Of a stretch of DNA of 64,000 bases, positions 37,408 to 46,724 are shown piece by piece. Under the pieces are notes generated by a model that was given only the letters and a program-made list of their open reading frames with translations, made no database searches and was not told the origin of the DNA. The stretch is from Rhodothermales bacterium (GTDB taxonomy: Bacteria > Bacteroidota > Rhodothermia > Rhodothermales > Bin80). Both the position numbers and the translations under genes were made by a program. The stretch's first letter is position 1, and the number at the start of each line of letters is the position of its first letter. Location of the stretch: contig JAJECV010000006.1 of NCBI GenBank assembly GCA_022821875.1, forward strand, positions 17,372-81,371, read 5' to 3'.

Positions 37408-38892
37408 ATGTCAGCGCTTCCATGTATTCTTGGCCTTGATGTCTCCACCACAGCATCGAAGGCCGTCTGTATCAATTCGGAGGGCGCAGTCCTTGCACAG
37501 GCATCCAATGAACACCGGCTGTCCAGCCCGTTTCCGCTTTGGAGTGAACAGGATCCCGCAGACTGGTGGCAGGCCATGTGTGAGAGCATTCGCAGCGTCC
37601 TTTCGTCTGTAGATGCGAATACCGTGCAGGCGATTGGGCTAACCGGGCAGATGCATGGCCTGGTTCTTCTGGATGCTCATGGAGAAGTGCTCCGCCCGGC
37701 CATGTTGTGGAATGATGGCAGGGCGGGTGCGCAGTGTGACCTGATCCGTGAACGGATCGGGCTGGATCGCCTGGTTGCAACCACAGGCAATGATGCCTTT
37801 ACGGGGTTTACGGCCCCCAAGCTTTTATGGGTTCGGGATCGTGAGCCGGAGTGCTTCGCAAAAGTTGCCCAGGTCCTGCTTCCGAAAGATTATATCCGAT
37901 GGAAACTCAGCGGCACCTATGCAACGGATCGGGCCGGGGCAGGAGGGACCTTGCTGCTAGACCTTTCAACCCGCACATGGGCGGCGGATTTGCTCAAAGA
38001 TCTTGAGATCCCGGAAGACTGGCTTCCGCCAACCTACGAGGGAACGCAGAAGACAGGTATGGTGGATTCATCCTGTGCATCGGAGACGGGCCTTCTGAAG
38101 GGAACCCCCATTTATGCAGGCGGCGGAGATCAGGCGGCACAGGCAGCGGGGGTCGGGGCAATTCATCCGGATACCTGGGCCGTGACGCTGGGCACATCCG
38201 GCGTGGTGTTTGCCCCTTCAAATCATCCACGCACGGAATCACGCGGACGCGCTCACGCCTTCCCGCATGCTGTACCTGAAACCTGGCATATGATGGGGGT
38301 CATGCTCAGCGCAGCAGGGAGCCTCCAATGGTACCGGGATACGCTTGCAAGAGGTCTTTCTTTTGAGCAGTTGCTCGCGGAAGCGGCCGCGGTAGCGCCC
38401 GGAAGCGAAGGGCTGTTCTTTTTGCCCTACCTCAGTGGTGAGCGCACCCCCCACGCAGACCCGCTGGTCCGGGGCAGTTTCATCGGGTTGACCGCCCGGC
38501 ATACCCGTGGTCATCTCACCAGGGCTGTTCTTGAGGGCGTTGCCTACGGATTAAGAGATAATCTGCAACTTCTCCATGATGCGGGGCTGCCGGTTCCCCG
38601 ACGGATCAGGATTTCCGGTGGCGGGGCAAAGAGTCCATTATGGCGCCAGATCCTCTCGGATATCATGCGACATCCGCTGAGTGTGGTTGAAGTGACTGAA
38701 GGCGCGGCCATGGGGGCCGCACTGCTGGCGGGGACCGGGGCAGGAATCTGGGATTCCGTCCAAACGGCCTGTGATGCAACCATCACGGTTCAGGAACAAT
38801 CCTCTCCCGGAGAGGCGGAAGCCGAATATGCCCGCCTGCACGAGCAGTTTAAGGAACTCTATCTCCGTCTGAAAGGGGTTTACAACGAGTAA
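37408..38892 (+). CDS. xylB: Xylulokinase (FGGY family)
   Basis: ILGLDVSTTASKAV...EQDPADWW...GLTGQMHGLVLLD... and C-terminal FGGY motifs. At 494 aa the size fits. Confidence 0.9.
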   Translation: MSALPCILGLDVSTTASKAVCINSEGAVLAQASNEHRLSSPFPLWSEQDPADWWQAMCESIRSVLSSVDANTVQAIGLTGQMHGLVLLDAHGEVLRPAMLWNDGRAGAQCDLIRERIGLDRLVATTGNDAFTGFTAPKLLWVRDREPECFAKVAQVLLPKDYIRWKLSGTYATDRAGAGGTLLLDLSTRTWAADLLKDLEIPEDWLPPTYEGTQKTGMVDSSCASETGLLKGTPIYAGGGDQAAQAAGVGAIHPDTWAVTLGTSGVVFAPSNHPRTESRGRAHAFPHAVPETWHMMGVMLSAAGSLQWYRDTLARGLSFEQLLAEAAAVAPGSEGLFFLPYLSGERTPHADPLVRGSFIGLTARHTRGHLTRAVLEGVAYGLRDNLQLLHDAGLPVPRRIRISGGGAKSPLWRQILSDIMRHPLSVVEVTEGAAMGAALLAGTGAGIWDSVQTACDATITVQEQSSPGEAEAEYARLHEQFKELYLRLKGVYNE

Positions 38893-38895
38893 TCT

Positions 38896-39930
38896 CTATT
38901 TGTATTTACTCTCATGGCGGTATCGAATTCCCGTTTTTCCGAGTGGAGCGTTTGCAAGTGCAGCAATGCTGAGCGGGTCCGGGCCGCGTTCCTGATACAG
39001 GGAATAGGCTGCGCCGGCGACCATGGCTCCGTTATCCATGCACAGGTCCCTGGGCGGAGTAAAAATTTGGTATTCATGTTCCTGTGCGGCATGCTGCAGC
39101 GCTTTTCGCAGCGGTGTATTGAGGGCAACCCCGCCGGCCAGTGTAATCTGGCGGAGTTGATGCTTTTGTGCAATGCGCATGGTTTTGGAAACCAGCAGGT
39201 CAATGACCGCCTGCTGAAAGCTTGCACACAGGTCTGCCTGGTTCAGGTCGGGATCCCGGTCAATTGCGGCGGTGACGGCGGTTTTTAATCCACTGAAACT
39301 GAACTCTCCATCGGGGCGGTTCATCAGCGGCCGGGGGAAGGAATAGGCGTGCGGATTTCCATCTTTGGCCAGTTTCTCAATGGCGGCGCCACCGGGATAG
39401 CCCAGGTTCAGATGCCGGGCGACCTTATCCAGAACCTCCCCGGCTGCATCATCCCGTGTATGGCCGAGCAGTTCGTAGGTGCCATGAGAAACGACCTTGA
39501 GCAGGAGAGTGTGTCCTCCTGCAACCGTGAGGCACAGGAACGGAAAGTGAAGTTCATCGGAGCGTCCCATGAGGTTCGAGTAAATATGCCCCTCCAGATG
39601 ATGGATTCCGATCAGCGGGATATCACAGGCCAGAGCAATGGACTTTGCAGCGGAGACTCCCACCACTAGTGACAGCATCAGTCCCTGGTGATGGGACACA
39701 GCCACCGCATCAAGATCCGCGAACGAGATCCGGGCCGTTTCCAGTGCGGACTCAATGATAAAACTGATGTTTGCGGTATGCTCCCGGGCCGCAATCACGG
39801 GAACAACTCCTCCGAAGCGTTCATGCGCTTCATACTGCGATGCAACAATATTGGAGCGTACTTGATGCCCGTCCTCTACGACCGCCGCCCCCGTATCGTC
39901 ACAGGATGTGTCAATCCCTAAAATCAGCAT
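38896..39930 (-). CDS. tsaD: tRNA N6-adenosine threonylcarbamoyltransferase TsaD
   Basis: MLILGIDTSCDDTGAAVV...HHLEGHIY... is the classic TsaD/Kae1 pattern. Confidence 0.9.
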   Translation of the reverse strand: MLILGIDTSCDDTGAAVVEDGHQVRSNIVASQYEAHERFGGVVPVIAAREHTANISFIIESALETARISFADLDAVAVSHHQGLMLSLVVGVSAAKSIALACDIPLIGIHHLEGHIYSNLMGRSDELHFPFLCLTVAGGHTLLLKVVSHGTYELLGHTRDDAAGEVLDKVARHLNLGYPGGAAIEKLAKDGNPHAYSFPRPLMNRPDGEFSFSGLKTAVTAAIDRDPDLNQADLCASFQQAVIDLLVSKTMRIAQKHQLRQITLAGGVALNTPLRKALQHAAQEHEYQIFTPPRDLCMDNGAMVAGAAYSLYQERGPDPLSIAALANAPLGKTGIRYRHESKYK

Positions 39931-39933
39931 GGA

Positions 39934-40572
39934 TCAGCGGGATGCATCTTGTTCGACATGAGACGGCTGCAGGTAGACAGGTGTGAGCGATTTGATGTCG
40001 GCCCCCTGGATCCCCGGGGCGGCATGCATAGCCTGAACCAGAGCATCCGGCGGAAGGCGATCCATAGATCGGTACATCTCGTTTCCCGGAAATCGCTCCT
40101 TAAAGGTATCCCCGTATTCAAGAATACGGGTTAAATCCGGATCTGTATGGATCTGCCGGGTCACCGTGTCAATGGGTGCCACGGCCATCTCAGCAGAACC
40201 AGAGCTGGAATGCTGTGCGTAGTAGCACTGGCTGCGTCCGGCATTCATGAGTGTCCAGGAAGGTTTGCCCTCACTCGCTGCCAATACGTCCAGGGTATAG
40301 AGAGGGATAAGCGGGATTTGCAGCACCTGTGCGAGGGTTTTTGCCGCAGTTACACCGATATTCAGGCCGGTCCAGGAACCTGGGCCGACGACTGCGGCGA
40401 TCCGGTTCAGATCCCGCGGGGAACTATGAATGGTATCCAGTGCGGTTTGGATTTGTTCGTGCAGGTGTTCTGCAGGGCGATCACGAAGGATGCAGCTGGC
40501 GGAGAGCGTACCATCCTTTGTGATCAGGACCGTGGTAAAGGGGCCGGATGTATCAAGGAGCAGGGTTTGCAT
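39934..40572 (-). CDS. tsaB: tRNA t6A biosynthesis protein TsaB
   Basis: LLLDTSGP...IAAVVGPGSWTGLNIGVTAAKTLAQ is the TsaB signature. It sits between tsaD and tsaE. Confidence 0.85.
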   Translation of the reverse strand: MQTLLLDTSGPFTTVLITKDGTLSASCILRDRPAEHLHEQIQTALDTIHSSPRDLNRIAAVVGPGSWTGLNIGVTAAKTLAQVLQIPLIPLYTLDVLAASEGKPSWTLMNAGRSQCYYAQHSSSGSAEMAVAPIDTVTRQIHTDPDLTRILEYGDTFKERFPGNEMYRSMDRLPPDALVQAMHAAPGIQGADIKSLTPVYLQPSHVEQDASR

Positions 40573-41158
40573 GTGCGGACAGTTTATTGAGCAACTCCCG
40601 GTAATGGGAAGATGTGGAGGATATGCTGAAGTTTCTCAGATTGGGATCCTGTCCGGGTGAAATGGAAATTTGTAAAAACCCGGCTGCCAATTTGTGCAGA
40701 AATTTGGAGGCCCATTCCACAACGAGGATGTGATTTGGGTTTTCGAAGAGTTCCTGAAAGAGCATGTAATCCCCGTCCGTCAAGGTCTCTAACCGGTAAA
40801 AATCAATGTGGACCAGCGTTTGACCATTCAGAGGATACTCCTGAATCAGGGTATAGGCCGGGCTGACCACATGCGTTGAAGGAGGAATACCAAGTCCCTG
40901 AGCGAGGCCCTGCACAAAGCAGGTTTTGCCCGCTCCAAGCGGGCCGTCAAGTCCCAGGATTGATGAATTGGGGAGCCACGACCCAATCCGCAGTCCAAGG
41001 GATTGGGTTTCAGAGGGGCTGGAAGTCGCCAGATCAATCAAGTCGTTACAGAGATTCTTGCGCTGTGCAACGCGGAAGGCAGCAGACGGTTGCCGAGAGT
41101 TCGCAAATCTGCTGTATCTTTGGGGAACAATCAAAACTCCTGAACCATGCGACTGCAC
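40553..41158 (-). CDS. tsaE: tRNA t6A biosynthesis ATPase TsaE (start uncertain)
   Basis: Walker A is LDGPLGAGKTCFVQGLAQGLG, followed by PAYTLIQEYP...HIDFYRL. The listed ORF start overlaps the divergent gene at 41147. A TTG at 41041 would give a more typical ~160-aa protein. Confidence 0.8.
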   Translation of the reverse strand: MQSHGSGVLIVPQRYSRFANSRQPSAAFRVAQRKNLCNDLIDLATSSPSETQSLGLRIGSWLPNSSILGLDGPLGAGKTCFVQGLAQGLGIPPSTHVVSPAYTLIQEYPLNGQTLVHIDFYRLETLTDGDYMLFQELFENPNHILVVEWASKFLHKLAAGFLQISISPGQDPNLRNFSISSTSSHYRELLNKLSAHANPAP

Positions 41159-41611
41159 TGGATATTGCCATTATTTCTTATTACCGCCTGCCAACCGGAA
41201 ACGCAGGAGGCATCGACGGACTCCGAGGCAGGGGCTGCAACCGCGTATGCTCGGCCTGAGTCGCCGGAGGGTGCGTCCGCCTATATCATTGCACCGCAGG
41301 ACGGAGATGTCGTGCAGCGTGGAATGGTAACGGTCAAGTTTGGCTTATCCGGTATGGGGGTTGCTCCGGCCGGGATTGAATTCCCCAATTCGGGGCATCA
41401 TCATTTACTGGTGAATGCGGCGGCACTTCCCGACATGAATATGCCGATTCCCGCCGATTCGGCCCATATCCATTTTGGACTTGGTCAAACGGAAACGGCA
41501 TTAGAGTTAAGTCCAGGCACGTATACGCTTCAATTACTCCTGGGCGATTACACCCATACTCCGCATAATCCGCCGGTGATCTCGGAACCGGTGACCATTA
41601 TGGTTGAGTAG
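41147..41611 (+). CDS. DUF4399-like lipoprotein
   Basis: Has a lipobox (LFLITAC) and the NSGHHHLLVN motif I associate with DUF4399. Confidence 0.65.
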   Translation: MRLHWILPLFLITACQPETQEASTDSEAGAATAYARPESPEGASAYIIAPQDGDVVQRGMVTVKFGLSGMGVAPAGIEFPNSGHHHLLVNAAALPDMNMPIPADSAHIHFGLGQTETALELSPGTYTLQLLLGDYTHTPHNPPVISEPVTIMVE

Positions 41612-41728
41612 TGTGGACTGCGGCCGCCATCCATGTGTACTTTGGCGGGTTACGCCAAAGCAGGTTGCTGCGGGGCGGGGGTATCCCGCCTGCCGCAGGA
41701 TGTTAACGAAATTGATTACAGAGAGCGA

Positions 41729-43165
41729 ATGAATACAGGTCTGGTTCGGAAGGGAGGCAGCATTTTATGGCTGCGCCGTGATCTTCGTTTAAGAGATCAG
41801 CCCGCATGGCATGCAGCACTGGCGGTGCCGGGTCCGGTTTGGCCGGTATTTATCCTTGATCCCCTGATTGAGTCTACGTATGGTGCAGCACCAAAATGGA
41901 GGCTTGGCGAGAGTTTACGCTCTTTGGCGGGCAGTCTGAAAAAACGCAATAGTCGTTTACTCTTGCGCAGGGGGAATGTACTGGAAGTCCTTCAGGAATT
42001 GATTCGGGAGACGGGGGCAAACCGCATTGTCTGGTCAAGACTTTATGATCAGCAGTCCATGGAAAGAGATGAAGCGGTGCGGGCGGGCCTGGCTGCACAG
42101 AGGGTGGAGGTTCAGGATGTGAATGCCAGTCTATTGTTTGAACCGTGGACTGTACGTACGCAGAAGTGCGGTTACTACCGGGTGTATACGCCTTTTTGGC
42201 GGGCAGTACAAGGTCGAGAGGGGCCACTGTTCCCTTTAAGTATTCCAGACGATTTATCCCCCCCGCAGGACTGGCCGCGCAGTGATTTGCTTGCGGACTG
42301 GAAACTTGGTGCTGCGATGTATCGCGGCGCAGCAGTGGTTGCCCGTTTTGCAAGGGTCGGAGAACAGGCCGCCCATGACCGCCTGGAGCACTTTACAGAA
42401 ACCTCCATCCATCGCTATAAATCAGACAGAAATTATCCAGGCCGAAAAGCAACCTCAGGACTGTCTGAGAATCTGGCTTACGGAGAGATCTCCCCCGGCA
42501 CCATCTGGCGTGCCGGCATAACTGCACTGCACATGGCCAAAAACCGAGAGGAGGCGGAGCATTTCCTGAAGGAATTGGTTTGGCGTGAATTTGCCTACCA
42601 TCTTCTCTATCATACCCCCCATATCGTGAATGCGAACTGGCGGCTGGAGTGGGATAAGTTCCCGTGGCGTGAGGACAATGACGATGCGGAGATATGGCGG
42701 CGGGGCATGACCGGGATTGAGATGATCGACGCTGCAATGCGCGAAATGTATGTGACCGGCACGATGCATAATCGCACACGCATGCTGGTTGCGAGTTTTC
42801 TGACCAAACATCTGATGACGCACTGGAGAGTCGGGGAGGCGTGGTTTCGGGAGTGTCTGATTGACTGGGACATTGCCGCCAATGCGATGGGCTGGCAGTG
42901 GGCAGCGGGTTCAGGGCCGGATGCTGCGCCGTATTTTCGAATTTACAATCCTGAGATTCAGGCCAAAAAATTTGATTCCGACCACGGTTACAGGGACCGG
43001 TTTATTGCGGAGGGGCGTTTGGATCCTCATGAGGACGCGCGAAGTTATTTTGAGGCGGTTCCAAAATCATGGAACCTGTCACCGGATCAGACTTATCCGG
43101 ATCCGATGATTGATTTAGGATTCGGAAGAGAGCGGGCATTGGCGATTTACGGCAGGTATCAATAG
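41729..43165 (+). CDS. phr: Deoxyribodipyrimidine photolyase / cryptochrome-family protein
   Basis: WLRRDLRLRDQPA...; the FAD-binding domain reads TGIEMIDAAMREMYVTGTMHNRTRMLVASFLTKHL...WQWAAGSGPDAAPYFRIYNP. The ORF opens at 41633, but the ATG at 41729 fits family N-termini better. Confidence 0.9.
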   Translation: MNTGLVRKGGSILWLRRDLRLRDQPAWHAALAVPGPVWPVFILDPLIESTYGAAPKWRLGESLRSLAGSLKKRNSRLLLRRGNVLEVLQELIRETGANRIVWSRLYDQQSMERDEAVRAGLAAQRVEVQDVNASLLFEPWTVRTQKCGYYRVYTPFWRAVQGREGPLFPLSIPDDLSPPQDWPRSDLLADWKLGAAMYRGAAVVARFARVGEQAAHDRLEHFTETSIHRYKSDRNYPGRKATSGLSENLAYGEISPGTIWRAGITALHMAKNREEAEHFLKELVWREFAYHLLYHTPHIVNANWRLEWDKFPWREDNDDAEIWRRGMTGIEMIDAAMREMYVTGTMHNRTRMLVASFLTKHLMTHWRVGEAWFRECLIDWDIAANAMGWQWAAGSGPDAAPYFRIYNPEIQAKKFDSDHGYRDRFIAEGRLDPHEDARSYFEAVPKSWNLSPDQTYPDPMIDLGFGRERALAIYGRYQ

Positions 43166-43460
43166 GGGCGAACGATCCCCGGTGCAGATTTGATGAGGCC
43201 CGCCACTGCCATCCACAAACTGGTGCGAAAGCGGTCCAGTGAGTTCCCGGAAAACCAGAAAGTCATGTAATTTGGGAGGATCAGTTGTCAAAAACGATGA
43301 TTTTTGGAAAATCCTGATTTTATAGGGAGTATTCCGGTCCCCTTGAGATTCACCATCCCGCTAAACCTGTTCAGATTGGGTATGTCCAGCCGACGTGTGC
43401 ATTTTTGTGGTTCAGGGGAACAGTTTTAGGGCGGCATCCGTTTTTTGATGTAAGACGTTT

Positions 43461-44631
43461 ATGACCATGAGTGATTATTCCGATATTGTCCCGCGAGGTC
43501 CCAGCATACGGGACAGAGGCCCCGCCAAGCATTTTCACGGACGAACAGGGGCATTACAGAAATTTGCGGAGGCGATGGATGCGGCCAAGAAGGGAGCGGG
43601 TACGATCTTCCTGATTCAGGGAGCTCCTGGCTCTGGCAAGACCGCCCTGCTTGCCAAATGTCAGGAAGTGGCGGCGGCGAAGAAATGGCAGACTGCGCGG
43701 ATTACGCCCGAAGTCTTCTGGAATGCGAACGAGTTGCCTGACGCATTGGGGCAGGACAGGGATCCGGTGCAGAAAGAGAGTGGGTGGAGCACGGCCGCGG
43801 AGGGGGAAGCAGGTCTTTTGGGATTGGGAAGCGCAAAGGGTAGCGGAGCATACGAATCCAGAAAAATACATGCCCCCCGCACCACACTGGATGTGCTAAA
43901 TGATGGAGAGAATGCACTGCTGCTCATTTTAGACGAAGCACAAACAGTGGCAGAAAAAATCCCGAACGAACATCATCCTCGGGCCAAGATTGTTCTAGAC
44001 AAAATTCACAATGGAGAGGTGAATCGTCCCATTATTCTGGCGGCAGCCGGTTTATCTACCACCAGCGAGGTATTCCACGATATGGGAGTGTCAAGATTTG
44101 AGGCACGATCCTTCGTAGGCTTGGGGGCGGATGCGCGAAGCGTATACGCGGGGTATCATTCGTGACTGGCTCATTAAGGATGGCGGGGCGAAGGAGGATC
44201 CTGCACCATGGATTGATGCAATTACACCAGAGACCTACGGCTGGCCGCAGCATATTATGTCGTATGTAAGGCCCGCGGTGTGGCATCTGGTTGCACATGA
44301 GGGAGAGATGAATAACGAAGGGCTGCAGGGGGTACTGGAGGAGGGGAGAGACGGGAGGACGCAGTTCTACAAAGCCCGTGCGAAGGGGTTTTTCGAGGAG
44401 CACCGCACCTGTATTGCCAGAGCATTTGCGTCTGTACGGGAAGATTACACGCAGACACGTACCGCAATTATGGCTTTTCTGGTACATGACTTCGGTCAGA
44501 GCGAAGCAGAGTTCATCTTCAAGCGTGCGCTCCACAAGGGCATACTGGATGATCTGGACGGGTGCCTTGTGATTCCGATCCCATCCATGCGTGACTGGTT
44601 CCTGGATAACTACGGCCCCGACCGGGAGTAA
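43461..44631 (+). pseudogene. P-loop NTPase paralog 2, split by a +1 frameshift in a G5 run
   Basis: Frame A (43461-44165) carries PAKHFHGRTGALQKF, IFLIQGAPGSGKTAL and LLLILDEAQ. Frame B (44131-44631) carries IIRDWLIKDGGAKEDP...ETYGWPQHIMSYV...IPIPSMRDWFLDNY. Removing one G from ggggg at 44123-44127 gives a continuous alignment to paralog 1. Confidence 0.75.
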
Positions 44632-44805
44632 TCTCATTCCGTGCTCCCATCCGAATGCCGTACCGCTTATTTTGGACGCAGTCCTTGTTCATACCCATTA
44701 ATGTTGCTATAAAATCGTGTGAAGGTACTTCGTCTGTATCTCTGTAACCTCCGGTTTTGTATCCACACTGTGCCCGGATCACGATGTCTGACACACGGTA
44801 CATGG

Positions 44806-45573
44806 TTAGTGGGTGAGCGTATAAAAGATGAAGTTGATCGCCATCTGGAAACTCACCGTTGAAGCTGATCCCAGATTGCGTCCGCCCGGCCATTCCCAGC
44901 CATCTCCAATGTCCTGATTATAGCAGATAATGATCATGGGCCGGCCGGCATCATCAAATACTGCGTAATAAATGTCGTCATCCGGGGCAAAATTCGTCTC
45001 GCCCCAGCCCCGAAACCCGCCGTTTTTTGTGGAGATGGCCGCGTCTGGATCAATGTCGTAATAAATCTGCCAGACCGGATGATCTGCCGTCAGTTCAACG
45101 GGCTCCCGATCTGGATAGACCCGCTTGATATTGTCATACATGTTGTTCCACTGCGGCCCCGTATATCCGCGCCCGTAGTCATGAAAATCATCAATAATCA
45201 GGAACCCGCCCCGATCCAGATAACGTCTCAGATTGGCCACCTCCTCTTCGTTGGTACGCCAATAGCCAGGCTCGGTCAAGTAGAGTACGGCATACTCAAA
45301 AATACCGGGATCCCTCAACGAAACCACCACCGGCGGGCCCTCCAGTTGGAGCCCCGTTGTACGGCTGATCGCTTCATGCAGGTTATATTCGGCAGTCGGA
45401 TAATCCGTCGCCCATGCACTTTCCCGGAACCCCGGATGGCTCTCATACCAGACACGCGCAAATTGGAATCCCGCATCCTGCCCATGTACAGGCAGTATCC
45501 ACAGGATCCCCAGAAACATGACCATGGCAGGACGGGCCGTGTGTCCAGACCCCGTGAAGCCCTGAAGATGCAT
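44806..45573 (-). CDS. DUF4159-domain protein
   Basis: FQFARVWYES...WATDYPTAEYNL...FEYAVLYLTEPGYW...EEEVANLRRYLDRGGFLIIDDFH matches the DUF4159 pattern as I recall it. Confidence 0.7.
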   Translation of the reverse strand: MHLQGFTGSGHTARPAMVMFLGILWILPVHGQDAGFQFARVWYESHPGFRESAWATDYPTAEYNLHEAISRTTGLQLEGPPVVVSLRDPGIFEYAVLYLTEPGYWRTNEEEVANLRRYLDRGGFLIIDDFHDYGRGYTGPQWNNMYDNIKRVYPDREPVELTADHPVWQIYYDIDPDAAISTKNGGFRGWGETNFAPDDDIYYAVFDDAGRPMIIICYNQDIGDGWEWPGGRNLGSASTVSFQMAINFIFYTLTH

Positions 45574-45587
45574 GTCAAACGGGAATA

Positions 45588-46688
45588 TTACCGGGTTGGA
45601 GTGTTCATGACTTCGGCAAATACATCAAAAAATTTTGACATCTCTTCCTCGGTGCCGATGCTTAGACGGCACCAGTCCGAAAAGGGCGGGAACGGCCGTC
45701 CGACCAGAATATCATGTGAAGCCATGGAGTACTGAAATTCCTGAATGGGGCGGCCAAGATGGAAGAATACAAAGTTGGTGTGAGATTCAACCACCGAGTG
45801 CCCCAGTTCCCGCAGCCGGCGGATGGTTTCCGAGCGGGTGGTTTCAATTTGGGACCTGCTGTAATTCAGGAACCGGCGATCATCCAGCGAGGCAATCGCG
45901 GCCCGAAGGGCCATAATGTTAACATTGATGGCCGTGCGGTAACGGTGAAGGAGCGCAGCATTCTCTAGGTTGGCCAGTGCGTAGCCCACACGCAGCCCGG
46001 CCAAGCCGTAGACCTTCGAAAAAGTTCGGGAGACAATCACGTTTTTACCCGCTCTGATATGAGTGGCCGAACTGCCATATCGGGGATGTGTGGCCAGTTC
46101 ATGGTAGGCCTCATCAACCAGGACCACGGACCGTCTGGAAACCCTGCGGCAAAACTCATCCAGTTCATCCTTGTCGCAAATCGTTCCTGTTGGATTATTT
46201 GGATTACAGACAAAAACCAGCTTAACATTCTCGGTCGTTCGGGAATCCATTGCTGCGAGGTCAAGGGTCTTGTCTTCCTTCAGCGGAACGCGATGAACCT
46301 TCGCCTGAATTGAATTCGCATAGTTCTCCAGTCCCTCGTAGGTGGGATACGCGGTCACGATCTCGCCACCCTGAAGCCCGTAGGCCATTGCGGTCATGCG
46401 GAGAATTTCGCTAGACCCGGTACCGAGCACGACATGTTCGGGGCGAAGTCCCTCACGGACCGCAATCATTGCTTCCAGACCCTGATAGTGTGCATAAGGA
46501 TAGAGATTGGTCTCCCCGATGGCCTCCAGGATCGCTGTCCGTGCAGCCTCTCCGGGTGCATAGGGATTCTCATTACTGTGGAGCCGGATCGGGGGCTGAT
46601 CCGACCTCTGATGGATCGGGGAAAGGTGAGGAAAAAGCGGCAGGGCACTGCCTGCAAGACCGAGGCGGATCCAGTCACGGCGGTTCAT
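45588..46688 (-). CDS. Class I/II PLP-dependent aminotransferase (HisC-like) with a twin-arginine signal
   Basis: The N-terminus MNRRDWIRLGLAGSALPLF is Tat-like. Also present are LHSNENPYAP and SRTFSKVYGLAGLRVGYA (PLP-lysine motif). Confidence 0.85.
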   Translation of the reverse strand: MNRRDWIRLGLAGSALPLFPHLSPIHQRSDQPPIRLHSNENPYAPGEAARTAILEAIGETNLYPYAHYQGLEAMIAVREGLRPEHVVLGTGSSEILRMTAMAYGLQGGEIVTAYPTYEGLENYANSIQAKVHRVPLKEDKTLDLAAMDSRTTENVKLVFVCNPNNPTGTICDKDELDEFCRRVSRRSVVLVDEAYHELATHPRYGSSATHIRAGKNVIVSRTFSKVYGLAGLRVGYALANLENAALLHRYRTAINVNIMALRAAIASLDDRRFLNYSRSQIETTRSETIRRLRELGHSVVESHTNFVFFHLGRPIQEFQYSMASHDILVGRPFPPFSDWCRLSIGTEEEMSKFFDVFAEVMNTPTR

Positions 46689-46724
46689 GATGCAAGGGGT
46701 TGAGAGGCTGGTTGGAACAGAAAG

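Noticed and set aside
44056-44637. A 193-codon minus-strand ORF
   Set aside because: It is antisense to ATPase paralog 2, whose two frames align with paralog 1. No motifs are present.
44519-44803. A 94-codon minus-strand ORF starting 2 nt after the DUF4159 stop
   Set aside because: It would overlap the 3' end of ATPase paralog 2 by more than 100 nt in convergent orientation. I recognise no family. It is probably not coding, though the first ~55 codons (MYRVSDIVIRAQCGYKTGGYRDTDEVPSHDFIATLMGMNKD…) cannot be excluded.
45079-45735. A 218-codon plus-strand ORF spanning the DUF4159/aminotransferase junction
   Set aside because: It is antisense to two well-supported minus-strand genes, and the translation has low complexity.
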